From Zygnema circumcarinatum SAG 698-1b (taxonomy: Eukaryota; Plantae; Zygnematophyceae): DNA of 64,000 nucleotides. A program made the translations under genes and the position numbers. The notes beneath the pieces are model-generated. The model had not been told where the DNA came from. It worked only from the letters and a program-made list of their open reading frames with translations, and searched no databases. Positions 1 to 12,927 of the stretch are shown piece by piece; positions within the stretch are counted from its first letter, which is position 1; every line of letters begins with the position of its first letter. The stretch covers positions 2,418,001 through 2,482,000 of the forward strand of contig CM074808.1 in NCBI GenBank assembly GCA_037447605.1, read 5' to 3'.

Positions 1-3000
1 CATCAACACCAGTGGCTATGGGTGGGGAGCAGTAAGCCACATTATACTTGAAAGGGGGCTTTGGCTCTGCGCTGGGAAATGTCCCTGAGTCTTCCACATA
101 TACCAGTATATCCTCCCCGTCAATGTTCATTGTCAGTTCGCCCCCAAGATCATGCTCTGTACTCTCCTCGAGAGTGCAAACAATTACAATTGACTCATAT
201 TTCAGATTATGGTGCTCTCCCGGGTAGAATGCTGCCAAGCAAAAGAAAAAGAAAACACCAGTCTGAAAACCAGGTCAGACGTTCCAGTGGACAGTGAATA
301 AAACATGCTAGAAATGTCATTAGCTGAGACCATCAAAATCCCAATATAAAGTAACCACGTGTTCAGATGAGAACTATTTTGCAGTGAAAAACATTCAAAC
401 AGCACAGAAAAGGCCACTGCAACTGCACAACTTCAAGAATCTGAAAAACAATCCTTTAACAAGTACAATCTGGTCCAAGTTGACTGATGATGGAAGGATT
501 TTAAATTCCAAAATGGCAGACTCAATCTCCGTGAAAGACTACAGTTGAAAATGACGAAAACCATCCGCCTCTCATAACAGCAGATGATGCTGGACGCTTC
601 ACCACTCCTTCGATCATACCACTGCTGTGCATCTAACTTCAATCGAATCAATAAGCAGCAAGGAACTACTGACAGATAACAATCGTTACAATCGTTGCTC
701 GTAATTGTTGAGTTCTTAGACAAGCACCTACTGGAAATAGCGATTTTCAACACCAATTTGAAAGCTTTGAAAAATCTCGTTCAACTTATTCATGTCCGGT
801 TCCTGGAGGTAGTTCTACAACCATGTCACGAACCTCTGAATGCCTATTACCATTCCTGTGAACCAACTTGCCTGGCTGCTGTCCCAGATTCAAACATAGA
901 CTGAGCATACAAAGACAGCAGCTTCCGATCCTCAAAGCCGATGCTCAAACACCTATCAAATCAGTATCCCCAAACTCAAAATCTTGAAACAAAGAAACTC
1001 GCACAATTGCTGTCTGCTTCTGAAAGAAGCCCAGCAAAATTCCAACGTGACCATGACCACATCTGAATAATCGGCACAGCACAACTTGCACTCCGGCAAT
1101 ACCAGACATCTTGACGCTGGCCCAGTGTAACCAACACAACATGGACGTGTTCAGGCTTTCCTTACATTGCTTCTACAAGCCACAGAGAAAGGCTTGAACA
1201 CCTAGATTCAGAATTTTCTCACTCCACATGAAACCATTCATTCACTTTACATGCGCCTTAAACAATTGACATCTCCGCCAATGAGTAGTGTCAATTTCTA
1301 CAGTAGTCACACCTTATAATCCATCATAGAGGGAGAAAAATCAGATCAACATTACAGAACCAAAATGAGTTACGCAAGCTAGCTAGATGTAAAGCCACTA
1401 ATCAACGCAATGAGCTGCCCCAGAACAAGATACCTCGCACATGTAGGAGTGAGCTTTTCCTCATGTCCTCTAAAGGCAGGATAAGGGATATTTTTCTGCC
1501 AGCGTCATTAGATAAAGGAAGGTCGTTATTGCATTTTCCATCAGAACTGGTAGCTATTGACTTCAACCACACGATATCAGCTATAACTTAACCGACAGGT
1601 ACTGAGGAAAGCCCCTCTTGTTATCAATAATGCACCACACTTCAGACATTTGGCCCGGAAGGTTGTCCAAAGATCTTTTGGCTATGTTCGAATCTGGGCG
1701 AAGACATGAAGGGAAACCGGATTATTGCCCGTATTGGAATCAGTCATCCACTTGGACAACCCAATGTGGCCCACATCCTAAAAGACTGGGGCTAGTGCCG
1801 AATAAGTATACAACGAACAATGATTCAATTCTCTAACCACTAAATAACTTGTTTAAAACTTAAGAAAAGACAAAACAAAGATCCTAACGGGAAAGAAGAG
1901 AAAATTATCTCAGCTACGTATACTTCTTCAGTCAAAAATAATTGCCTGAAAGATTGGTCAATTACCTGGCAGTTTTCAGACCATTTAAACACTCCTGTAA
2001 AATGGCCAGAAGAATCTTACCTAGATATCTAGGCTAGCTCTACCAAAAAAGAAAGAAAATCTCGTTCAAAAATCCAAGATCTTGAGCAAACCGCATAACT
2101 ACACATTACACTAACAAACATAAAGCAAAAAACGACTCTAATCGAGATAAGGCTTTCATTCTGAACATCTAGGAAGCAATAACTTCTGTTTCACTCAAAC
2201 AGCATAAGTATGTAAACAAATAATGGCCAAACAAGCAATTAAAATAAGGGAGGGGAAATGAAAGGAGCTTTTTACAAAAGTCCCTCCGCTACTTGGCATT
2301 AATTTACAACCCCGGATACAAGACAAATAAACAGATTTACATATTTTGTCATTTGGAGTGAATGTGGTTTAACGTTGTAACTTCACTTAGACCTCAGAGC
2401 AAAGAATTACAAACTATTATACCAAAATACAGCTTTAAGAACAAACAAGTACCTTGTGCGTCAAGTGATTATTTCAACCTTACATATTAAGATTAGCTCA
2501 TCTTTTTATTTGAGATTTGTTTGATTGTCAGAGGCTCAAAGTTCATTGGAGTGATCAAGTAGCCAGCGCGTCTGTTGTCGACAAAGTTCAACAAACTGCA
2601 TATTCTACTTCCTCTAAATACTTCTCTACGAGCTTTCTCATAACACTCAAAAGTCGTCTAATCACTACAATCCTAGTCTACAAAATGTGACTGTTCTTTA
2701 GTGTATCCTTAAGAAAGTTGGGTGAACGGAAACAATTGCGATAAGTTCTAGGTCAGTAGGCCAGAAAGCCTCGCATTAAGGCTCAAAACCAGTCTGTTCA
2801 GACCAATCAGAGCTAGACAAGCTTCAGTTAAAGGACTCCCAAGTAATGTCACATGGAAATAAGACATACCCTGCAGATTGCCGTCCACCCTATGCCCTCC
2901 TGCGCGCTCCTTCCACAAACACTTTCCAAGCTGCTTTGAGTCGTGCAGCACCAGTCCTGACAAGCCGATGGCTGCAATGGTCGCACCTCCAGTCCTGTAG

Positions 3001-3365
3001 CTTGAATAGAGGATAAAGCCATAGATTGGCGCGGTTTCATGATATCTCTTAGGCTGTCCCCCTCCATGAGCTTTCTTTGGGTCCGCCTTATCGAGGAATT
3101 GAATGACTTGTTTCACCTCCTCAGTTTTCGGAGTCTCAATCACCTCATTTGAAATGCTTTTGGATGTCCAGCTTCCAAACGTCGCATCCTTATAAATGAA
3201 GGATGAGTAATTTAAAAGTAGACCTACCCCTACAAATAATAGAATGAAAGGCCACGACTGGCGAAACAAAAAATAATAGTAAAGCGACCTGCTAAAAGGC
3301 CTTCCCCGCCTCCTTGGTTGAGATGGAGGCCCAAGCCCTGAGGATACTTGCCCTCCTCTTCTCAT
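1..3365 (-). CDS. Glycosyltransferase family 92 (DUF23, galactan beta-1,4-galactosyltransferase-like), 5' part; runs off the window
   Basis: Exon 1 is 3365-2870: type II TM segment, then GFILYSSYRTGGATIAAIGLSG..KCLW. Donor G|GTATGT at 2869, 2.6-kb intron, acceptor ttttgcttggcag at 232. Exon 2 (231-1) continues in frame: AFYPGEHHNLKYESIVIVCTL..GGELTMNIDGE..KPPFKYNVAYCSPPI, a GT92-like motif order. Confidence 0.8.
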
Positions 3366-5236
3366 ATCCTCTGCAAGTTCACCTGAAGATCAAGGGACAA
3401 GGAAAAGAAAGAAGTTCACTTATTCACTGCCTTCAATTTCGTCAGCGCAGGTGACAAGGGCAAAATAAGAAACTCAATGACCATAATTGATGATCGGTGA
3501 ATCTCTCTAGCTTTTGAAGACCGTAAGAGAGAACACACGATAAGGAGTTACTTGAGATGCCCAATTTTCTAAAAACGAGACCATAAGCAGCAAGCGCACT
3601 CCGACAAAGCAGCTGGACGCATGGCATAGAACTACCATTAAACCTGCCATTTCAGGCAGGCGATGAGAGAAGACTTTCTCTGGAAGGATAGACACAAACA
3701 TAGAAACACGTTTGAAGCAGAACAGACAGCTAAAATTCTCCAAATCTTGGACTTTGCGTGCGCTATAGTCAATATCTCAGACGAGTAACCAGATGCAGGA
3801 CATCGTCTGACTGACTCCCAGGCATCAATAAATTGAAGATACACCCTTATCATTTAAAGACCAATTTGAAGGCAGGTAGAACGATATCCACCACGGCATA
3901 TAAGCTGCTCAACAGTTATTGAGTAGGCACACCTCTTATTTGATCGACTGTCGCCAGTTTGCTTAGTAGGACCTGGTTTCAAACGCACACAAACAAATCG
4001 AAGCGTCATCAGGAGCGCCACCTTCAAAAGTAGCAAAAGAAGTCCTAAACTGCGCCAAAACATACAGCGATCTCATGGAAACTCACTCTGCCGGGGTCGC
4101 TGTTCTGCACTCCGCCGGCGAATGAGCCGACGTCTTTCGATTTTCCAGCAGCAGCTATGAACAATGCAAGAGCTATCCACGCATGAGACGTCCAGCGTCC
4201 TCAGAAGGGCCTCTCCCTCAGAGCCACGAGCGCAGAACACTCTTCCAAATGCTCCTAAGAAAGCAATCAGTCCTCTAGGCCTTCCCCGCCCATCCGTCGC
4301 TCCTCCTCGATCCCCTTTGCAAGGCGAGCCCAGCGGGTGCGAGCGCGCCAGTCTCCATAGAAGCTCCGCCTCCGCCTCCGCCTCCGCCTCGGGGGAGAGC
4401 GCGGGGCTGGACCTAGCCTTGCCCTGCCCTGCCCTGCTCTGCCCTGCCCTGCTCTGGCCTGGCCGAGGCGTACGGACGGATGGCCGGACGGACGGATGGA
4501 CGTAGGGCCGGGTGCCGTACGTCTTCCGGCCGTCCTCTGCCTCCCACGTGGCGCCCGCCCGGGCCGCGACAGGTGCGCAGCGGCCCGCTCTCGCTCGGGG
4601 TCGTTTGGCGCGGGAAACCAACAAACTCGGTTTGCGGCTTACGAACCGGCCCGCCCGCCCGCGCTGCGCTGCGCTGCGGCAAGTTGGAAGTTGGCCCCTT
4701 GACCTCTTCTCTGTGCGGTGCCGGTCGTTGGCTCGCTCGCTGGGGCCAACTTGGAAAAGTTCGATTGGGTGCACTCAGCGCGCACGCGTGCGTGCGCTGA
4801 CGTATGCGGGCCACTTTGGCGTGCGGGTACGTACGCACTTTTTAACTGAAAGGGCGCGTTTGGCGTCCAGCGCTGACGTGAGCAGAGCGTCAGAAGGTTT
4901 GTACATTTCCTGCACCGTTTACCCGATCCCGAGCCGCCACTCGCGAGGGCGGGAGGGACGGACGGACAGTTAGAGGGGGCGGCGCCGACCGTTCCTGCGA
5001 GTGTGGCCCCGCCGGACCGCGGGTGCCGCGATCGCAGGGGTTGGCTGACATGGCTAAAATTTGTCCAGCATTACCAATGAGGAATCGCCACGTATACAAT
5101 TTCTCCACGTGGCGCATTGCCATTGGATCTGTTTGAAAAAAAAAAAACCTACAAGAGTGGGTCAATCTCGCAAAACCGTCCCGCGTATGAACAGCGATAA
5201 TAATCTTCGCGACAAGGCAATACAGTACAGTACAAC

Positions 5237-5399
5237 CAAAAGAGGAATGTGGCGTTGATCTCACGATGGCGATGATGCCATCAAATGTACATGGACGAAG
5301 TCAGCATGGCGAAGGAACCACGAGGAACTGGTCGCAAAGGACCTAAGCACAAAAGAAAAAAGCTAGGGAGCGGAAAGCTACGCCTAGCCTCAACACCGC
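5237..5399 (+). repeat. Dispersed repeat, copy A (~160 bp)
   Basis: Aligns by eye at roughly 80% with 33926-34079. Shared blocks: CTCACGATGG, GCCATC, TGTACATG, GGAACCACGAG, CGCAAAGGACCTA, CTACGCCTAG. Confidence 0.85.
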
Positions 5400-6006
5400 T
5401 TCCAGCCCTCCCTCGAAGCAGCCGCGACGGTCGCGGTACATCGGCACATCGCGCGGAGGGAGGGAGCGGCGGAAGGCCACCGCCACGGTAGACAGAAAGT
5501 GGGGGAAGTAGAGAAAGTACAATTACGGCTATGGTTACAGTTACGGTTACGTTATTGACGTTTTAGCATTTTGATCGTATGAAGGCTCTTCGTGAGGTTC
5601 ATCGAAGTTAGAGCGGAGGGAGAGTGTGAAGATAGGTGGCAGGGGTGTTGGTGTAGAATAGTTAGATTTGTAATAATCATAAATTACTTGGTACTAAGTT
5701 GTTGGGGTGTGCTTTTAGTTGCATAGAATAGTCATGTAGGTAGTGTGTCACAAGGTATTGGTTTGTGGAGTTATAGTGTTCAAGCTTGCAATGGGGTGCT
5801 TCACTTCATTGTCTGGAGTTGAAGCTGGTGCTTGCAGACCCTGAATGTGCATGTCCAAGTATATCCAAGTTGTGCGGTTCTCATTAATATAAAAGAATTT
5901 TTTCCTATTTTTTTTTTCTTTTACATTTCATTCGTGTGGATTTTTCATCTTTTGCTTTGGAGTAAAATAGGCATATGCATGCAAGCGACTGAATTAATCA
6001 GAGAAA

Positions 6007-6177
6007 ATGTGTGAGGCAGGGGCAACAAGGGCAGGGGCAGCATCAGGGGCCAAGAGATCTTTGCTCCTCCTCCTAGTACTAGTGCTGCTGCTGCCCCCTC
6101 CAGCAGCGGCAGAGATAGGGGCAACGACAACGACCGCTTCTCGAGGTCGGTCAACGTTAGGTTGGGGGAAGGCATAG
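6007..6177 (+). CDS. Candidate small secreted peptide (56 aa, below the ORF-track cutoff)
   Basis: MCEAGATRAGAASGAKRSLLLLLVLVLLLPPPAAAEIGATTTTASRGRSTLGWGKA*. Signal-peptide-like basic/hydrophobic/AAA architecture, with TATAAAA at about 5888-5894. No family recognised. Confidence 0.35.
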   Translation: MCEAGATRAGAASGAKRSLLLLLVLVLLLPPPAAAEIGATTTTASRGRSTLGWGKA

Positions 6178-7260
6178 CAGGATAGCTATAAGATCGTGAC
6201 TTTTTGGGTGTTTTTGAGGTATTTTGCAACAAATCCCATAAAATTCCTTAAGAAACTCTCAAAATTTCCCTTCAAAACGTTGATTTACGGTTTTAAGGGA
6301 ATTCCCTTAAATGTAGAGGCCTGAAACTAGCAAAATTTGGCCTTCGTTTTGCAATTTGCCAAAATCTCATTGTTAATCGGTGGCTGCGGAGTAAACTAAA
6401 ACTGAACACGTGTGGGAATTAATTGTTCAATGTTCAATTAGTTTCATACTAGATTCGCATTTGAACAAGGATCGTTGTTCAAACAAAAAACAGAAACCTA
6501 AAGTGGAAACAGTTTTTTTTTTTTTAACACCGATTCCGAATAGTTCTGTTTCTGAACAACCGAAATCTTCAATTGTCCAAAGTTCAAACCTATTATTGGT
6601 AGTGAAGTAGATGAGTAATAAGCATAAAATCTGAACCTACTGTAATCGAAATAAGTCTCGAAACGCAATGTCGAAGGTCTAAACGCCCTTCGCATCCAAA
6701 TTTCACAGAGCCTTGACAGTTCGTCTGCAGATGAGCCTGGTTTAAGACATGGCTCCTCTCCCTCCCTCCCCCCCGGCCACTCCCGTCGGAGCCACCTCTC
6801 CCTCTCCCTCCCTCTCACCCGCCATCACAGCTCACAAAATAGGCGCATTGCACGCTGCTTCAAGTGAACGCGTCCTTGCGCTCCCCCTAAGGCCCTACAG
6901 GCCGCCACCTTTCCACACCCAGCGCTCGATCTCCCTCCCACTTGTACCATGCTCTCTACGTGCTCCCATCACAGAAGCTTGCTCATCTCGGCAACAAGGT
7001 TGACTTTCAATCCGACTTCCTCTTGGCAGTTGGAATGCCAAAAGCGGATGACTGCTGCCGAATTTTCAGATTTGTTACCACGACAGCTTTAAAGGGGTGG
7101 CGAGTGGCCCGGGCAGTCGCCCACATTTTGGTCGTTATGCGCCTCTACCACGTCGTGAAGGAAGTCGGGTGGAGTGATCTTCCCTGCAGCCTTAAGCTGA
7201 CCCCGTGGAGAGAGCAGCTGCCCGGTTGGATCGTATCTTTAGACTGCAGTCGCCCTCCGC

Positions 7261-9921
7261 TCAAGCAGCAGAGGCCACAAGGGAGGCGCGAGCCCTTGCA
7301 AATGCGCTCACCAGAGCACCCAACTGCAGCTTTTCATTCGTGCCAAATGAAAGCCGATACCTGCAACGGCACACTTATTCTGCATTATGTTCGCAGAAAC
7401 ATCATAGACCAGAGTCATGGACTCTCACCAATAAACTATGTAAAATAGTGAAGGCAAATTAGCTGGATTGTCTCATCATGCCAACTTTACTTCAAACAGA
7501 AGAGTACATGAAACTCTAGGCAGACTTGTAAGTGGAGCTGAAGTCAGCTCTCCCATAGGACAAAGTGAGAGTCCGCTACACCATGACACAGCTGTCTGCC
7601 GATGTGAAGATAAGGCAATGTAGTTAAGTTACCACAATCCCCTCTCTGTCCACTGAGAAGGGGAAAAAAGGCAAATCACATCCACCCGAAACATGTTTGA
7701 GTTCCAATGTGAACTCACTCGATGTCAGCCATGGCTTCAAGCACACCTATCCGAACAGCAGCAGGCATGTCGATTCGCATCACAAACCTGGCAAGAAAGG
7801 AACACAAGAAGAGGAATTGTCAAGCTTGAGCTTGGCTCAACATGGCACTGCTCAGCAGCATCTCGTTGGCCAAAGAACAGGCCAAAAGCTGCCGAGAAAT
7901 GCATGCAAGGCAGACGATCGCGCAAAACAACCTCCAGCAGCCATTGGCAGGAAGCACAGAGTTCTTACGGCTGCAATTGTCGAACGATATCAACCAACGC
8001 AAGACCCTTTTGGGTCTTCATGTCACTAACATCTGAACTCAAGTCAAGGAGGGCTTTGTCAACAAGGTGTAGGACCTCAAGTTTTAGTACTGTGCCTCTC
8101 TTTGAAATACCAAAAGAAGCTTTCGCAATGCAATGCAGTTATATACGTCTCCCCAGTAAACCTCCTGCATAAGAAAGCTGTCTGAGGAGGATACTTTGGT
8201 ACGCATCGAGAAAAGTGTCATTTAGCAGCCAAAAGGCGATCTGTTCGATATCTTTCGGCAGTGGATTTCCAGTGCAGAGATACACCGCCTCCTCCGTCAC
8301 ATGTGTAAAGGCCATCCCAGTTGACTGCAGCACCCCACATGGAAAAAGAATGAAAACTCCCAAAACGATAGATTCACACATAGAGCAGCAAGCGTAGTAG
8401 CCCATTAAGCGGCATAAATGAGCACAGAACTCCAAGCAACTCATACCTAAGCAGGGCTTTGGAATCAGCACCTGCAAGATGTTGAGGGCTTTCCGCATAT
8501 CACCACTGCCCAAATGCACTACGGCCCGCAAACCTCCCTCTGTCACATCCATCCTGCATGCAACATTATCTGCGATTTAGCACAAACTATCTGAAGCTGG
8601 AAATAGCAAGTGTCAAGGAGGAGATGAAGTCCTTCACCGAACAACAAGCGGGGCCGAAACACCCACATTTCTTCTTGTATCACGTGCTGAAGGCGTTCAG
8701 TTACATGTGAGTCGTCTAAGGGGGGAAACCGGAATCGCGTGCACCTCGACTGGAGAGCAGGAATGATCTTGCTTACATAATTACAAATGAGACAAAACCG
8801 CGTATTCCTTGTATACTTCTCAATTACTGCACATACAAATTGTCTCCACGTGGCATGAGAATGAAACATGGCATCCAGAAACCAACACGAGACTTCCTGC
8901 TCGTGCTTGGCTGCTTGTTTGAAAGCTAAACGCCTTGGAAACCCGCAGTTTTTCATTTCTGCATGTTTTATGCCTCCACAAAAAGCAGCAACATCCATCT
9001 TTCCTTGGTAGCTTTCACGTCAAAATAAACGATTCTGCGCTCACCTCGTCGAAGAGAGAACTGAGCGTCTTTGGTCATAGCATCGGCCTCATCCAAAATA
9101 ACCAACTTCACACTCGCCTTTGCCCTGCAAGGTGAAGGAAAATGGTCATTTAAATCGAGAAAAGAGCATAAAATATCCTTTTGAATGCTGGACCAAACCC
9201 AGTCATGGACAAACTATCAGATAGCTTTCTCTTTCTAGTTTTTTATTCAACCAGAACTATAAAACACCATGTTGTGCATAAGGAAATAAAACATAAAAAA
9301 ACCATGTGTGCCATGCACTGCATAATGTCTTTCCAAACCTAGTGTCGGGATTGAACTCAGGAGGGTGATCTGACTGAAACGAACCCAAAATTGATGCTTT
9401 GTGTGCTGGCGAAGTCTTGAATTTGGTTGCGAACCACATCAATACCACGGTCATCGGAGGCATTCAACTCCAGAATCATGTTCTGAAACTGAGCTCCATA
9501 AAGCTTGCGAGCAACGGCAAGAATTGTTGAAGTTTTGCCAGTTCCTGGGGGTCCATAGAGGAGTAGATGGGGAAGCCTGTTTTCGGTTGTCAGACGATCA
9601 ACTGTATCACATCAATGAACGAACTTGCCTTAGAGACCGCAATCATATCCCTCACCTTCTATCTGAGATAACTTGTAAATTCCATCTATATAGCTCGTCA
9701 TGCTACTGCAACTCCTCGGAAAAAGACACATGTGCTCAGCCCTTACTCGTCTCAATTATGTCTTTATGCGCAGCAACATCTGCTAGCGTCTTTGGTCGAT
9801 ACTTTTCTACCCAAGGCCCCTGCCTGGGAGCTTCAACAGCCACTGCTTTTCCCTTGTTCAAGCTCGCAAGCTTCTTGTCCTTCGCAATACTGTCACTGTC
9901 TACGTCCATGGGCGAGGCCAT
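7261..9921 (-). CDS. RFC5: Replication factor C small subunit 5 (yeast Rfc3 type), 9 exons
   Basis: Exons 9921-9747, 9601-9385, 9124-9045, 8826-8667, 8553-8472, 8324-8195, 8032-7969, 7787-7719, 7360-7261, all GT-AG and in phase. Motifs: PWVEKYRP, Walker [27 protein letters not shown], Walker [45 protein letters not shown]. Confidence 0.96.
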
Positions 9922-10169
9922 GGTTGAAGCAATGTCTGCATCAAAAACAGTCCGCCTTTCAGCGCAGACAGACTCAGTTTCTGCGGATGCAGTGCTAGCA
10001 CCAGCCCTCAAATTCGCATCGCGGCCAGCAATGCGGATTTTGACGATATCCGGTAAAGTGAAGAGAGGCGAGCACGAAATCGTTTACGGTAGAACCTTTA
10101 CGAGTTCTTCTTGCTGGCGCTTGCTCGAGGGGGTCTACAACTCACAAGGCACCCTAGCAGGACTCCGCC

Positions 10170-11397
10170 ATGGCTGCCATCTTGCATCTACCAAGGTGCG
10201 GCTTAAGCTTGCAAACTGGGATTGTGCGGTCCGGTTTAAGGAGCTCCAAGGTACAGGCTGTTGACCTGTTTTCCTCGAGTAATGGAGGAGGCCAACGGAT
10301 GGACAAGAGCAAGGTGAAACACGAAAGAAGAAAAGGAAGAACTACAATAGCTGCACTCCCTGTAATAAGCAGCGTTCCAGTGATTGGACCGTTGGCCAAT
10401 TTTTTGCTCAGCCCCCCACTGCTGTTGGCAGCTTATCTTGCAGGAGGTATGCTCGGCCTTCCATTCCTTCTCCCCCACAATTATCCTCATTTCCTTGAAG
10501 AGAAATGATGGGTAAATCCGATATAGTATGCGATGTAACGTGTTTTCATCATAAAAATATAAAGTGTAATGATAACCGAAGCAGAAGAAACAGAAAACCG
10601 GTCATTACGAGATAACATCAGAATTTGATCGTCTACTTTCTCAACCATCTTTTGGTCTCTTACTGATCTGAGATTCGGATGACAAAACCTAGAGTGTGCA
10701 TTTACTTGCCCTCCATAAGTGAATCATGATATCAATTGTTTGAATCGGATTAGATGGTTACCTCCTTCTCTTGGTGTTAAGATTCTCACAAGATAAAACT
10801 GCATTCTAACCACACAGTTTAGATGTTTTATTGAACATCCCCCCATTTTGTATGAAATTGAGAAGAATCATCGGATAAGAATCCTCCTACTGAAATGGGA
10901 ATGAAGTTTAAACATGCCTAGGCATGCATGTTCATGCAATCCTTTCCCGCAAGACTAACATTGGTGGGTGTACTTGATTGCTGACATGGATCTACTGCTA
11001 TTATGAAAACCAGCGGTACGTTTTTGGGGAGGTTTTTCACGGACTACATACAGTGAAGCGCTCCCAACAAAGCTTGGGTTGGCAGCACTTTGGCCAGGTA
11101 AGGACCGCGGGGCCGGAAGATTGAAGAGACTTTGCACAAGGTCCTGGGGGGGGTCGTCACACACCACAATTGCGCTCTTCTCATAGTTCTTTCTCAGGAG
11201 CCACTTGCAATTACATCTCAGATAAAGAAATTTTATGTTTTTTAAAATTTAGCTTAGAATGCAGCTACATGCGGTTTCCTGCTGGCCAACGGGTTGAAGA
11301 GTAAACCACGGCTAACTCGGATTGCAAGGTTGTCAATGCAGTGCTGGTGATCGCTTCTCCTGCCTTCAGAGCAAACTTCAAGAAGGCTGTCAAGTAA
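10170..11397 (+). CDS. Small (138 aa) probably plastid-targeted membrane protein of unknown function, 3 exons
   Basis: Exons 10170-10446, 11014-11097 and 11342-11397, with G|GTATGC and G|GTAAGG donors, CAG acceptors and upstream CTAAC/CTGAC branch motifs. Ser/Arg-rich transit-like N-terminus, then ..PLLLAAYLAGAVRFWGGFSRTTYSEALPTKLGLAALWPVLVIASPAFRANFKKAVK*. Confidence 0.8.
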
Positions 11398-12927
11398 GTG
11401 ATATGACATAACTGACCACAGTTTTATTCGGTTGTTAATCATGTAAATCTTTCGTAACGAAGGCCCTTTAAAGGCGGAGAGTTGTTTTTGAACCAGGCCG
11501 CAGTGCACCTATCCGTCATGCTACAATACCTAGACTCCCTTTTGCGAACTCAAAATCTCTACTCTTCTACTAAGTCATCAGTATGGGGTTTCACACACTA
11601 GGTGCTCTAAAAGTAGGACTAGAATTCGAATCAAGAAGAGGAAGCACTCAAATTAATTGCGACCTCAATTATGTAAGGGGATTGAAATATTTCTCCTTTT
11701 TAGTGTTTTCCACGTGTACATGTGTCCGTTGACTTCGTGTCGTTACCTTCGGGTGTGCACCTGGTTTGCTGGCTGTTGTTCTAACTAAGAACGACCTTGT
11801 ACTGATGGAAGTATGGAATGACCAGTGCAAACTTTTGAATCCGGATTAAGTACATTGCCTGCCAAGGAGCTTCACTGACCACACTTCCGGTCAGATTGAA
11901 CACTCGCCAATACGAAAGCACAGGAAGGGGGAAGAATAACCCCCTTATCCCGTGCAAGTGGCAAACATTTTTAAGAAAGAGAGCTTTCTTAACAATCACT
12001 TGTAAAAAAAAACCTCTAATGAGAAAGCCTTGTTCTTAGGGACGTACAGTTCAAACAAATAAAGCAATACTCTAAACACGCTCGTGGCAAAGCGTTGTTC
12101 TCAGAGTTGTACATGAAGATTTTTTGGCATTTACCCAGGCACTTTGCTCGCCTTCTTCTCACATTGTCATGGCCTTCAGCAACTTCGGGAGACCTGAACG
12201 GTGGGACAGTTTCGGATAACCGTAACCTGTCGAATGGTTCAACCGTTGGAACTAAAAGCCTTGAAATGACTTTAGTGTGTGCTCTTTTGGGCTTCAAATA
12301 CTTCAGTTCTCCTGGGTATGTTTTTTGCCAGACTTTGAAACATGAGATGTGTTTTGAGAAACCAACAAATTTGACTCACAAAGGAGTGCTGTTTCTCTTT
12401 ATTCAATTGCATGAAGTGGAGGCCTCGTACAGGGTCTACAATGTCATTTACAGCCATATGCAGCCCAATATACCGCATATTCATCTAAAAAATACAAAGA
12501 AAGAAAATGTTGACGTGATAGGCAACAATTATACTGCTGGCCTGAAACCTGTGCCTGCAGCAAGGCCGCTTTCAGCCAACCGCAGAACTGAAGGCCCAGG
12601 TGACATGGTCTGGTGGGCTAAGAACAGCCAAGCTGAAGGAGGCAGAGGCTATGAGTGCTCCGCTTCACAGCAGGAGAAAGGACTACGGTCCAATTCGTGA
12701 GGGAAGGTCAGCCAGGTTGGACTTGCTAGTCACTTTCGTACCCACCAGTGGAAAATAGGGTACACGGACCACAGTGAGGTAAGCGAGGTCGGAAGCAGAG
12801 ACATGTGGAAAGAGTGTTGAAGTAGAAACAAGCCGGACGTACTTTTTGTGAGAAAGAAGGGAAGCCGGCCATGCGTTCTATTCACAGTGTGTATCCCGTG
12901 TGGGGACAGGTATCACACCGTACACTG

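Noticed and set aside
232-2869. Unusually long (2.6-kb) GT92 intron as a possible TE insertion
   Set aside because: I could identify no TIRs, LTRs, poly(A) tail or transposase/RT motifs.
4073-5264. Many overlapping Arg/Pro/Ala-rich ORFs; similar sets at 22834-23773, 32571-33300, 34212-35427 and 60771-61767
   Set aside because: These are GC-rich promoter or 5' UTR sequences with few stop codons and no domain signal.
6560-6600. Short similarity (aagttcaaac.ta.tattgg; ttcaattgtccaaa) between ~6568-6600 and ~38554-38630
   Set aside because: The match is too short and AT-rich to call a repeat family without a genome-wide search.
12095-12700. 201-aa plus-strand ORF
   Set aside because: It starts at a non-ATG codon, has no recognisable domain, and lies in the convergent 3' region between the small gene and MTP12.
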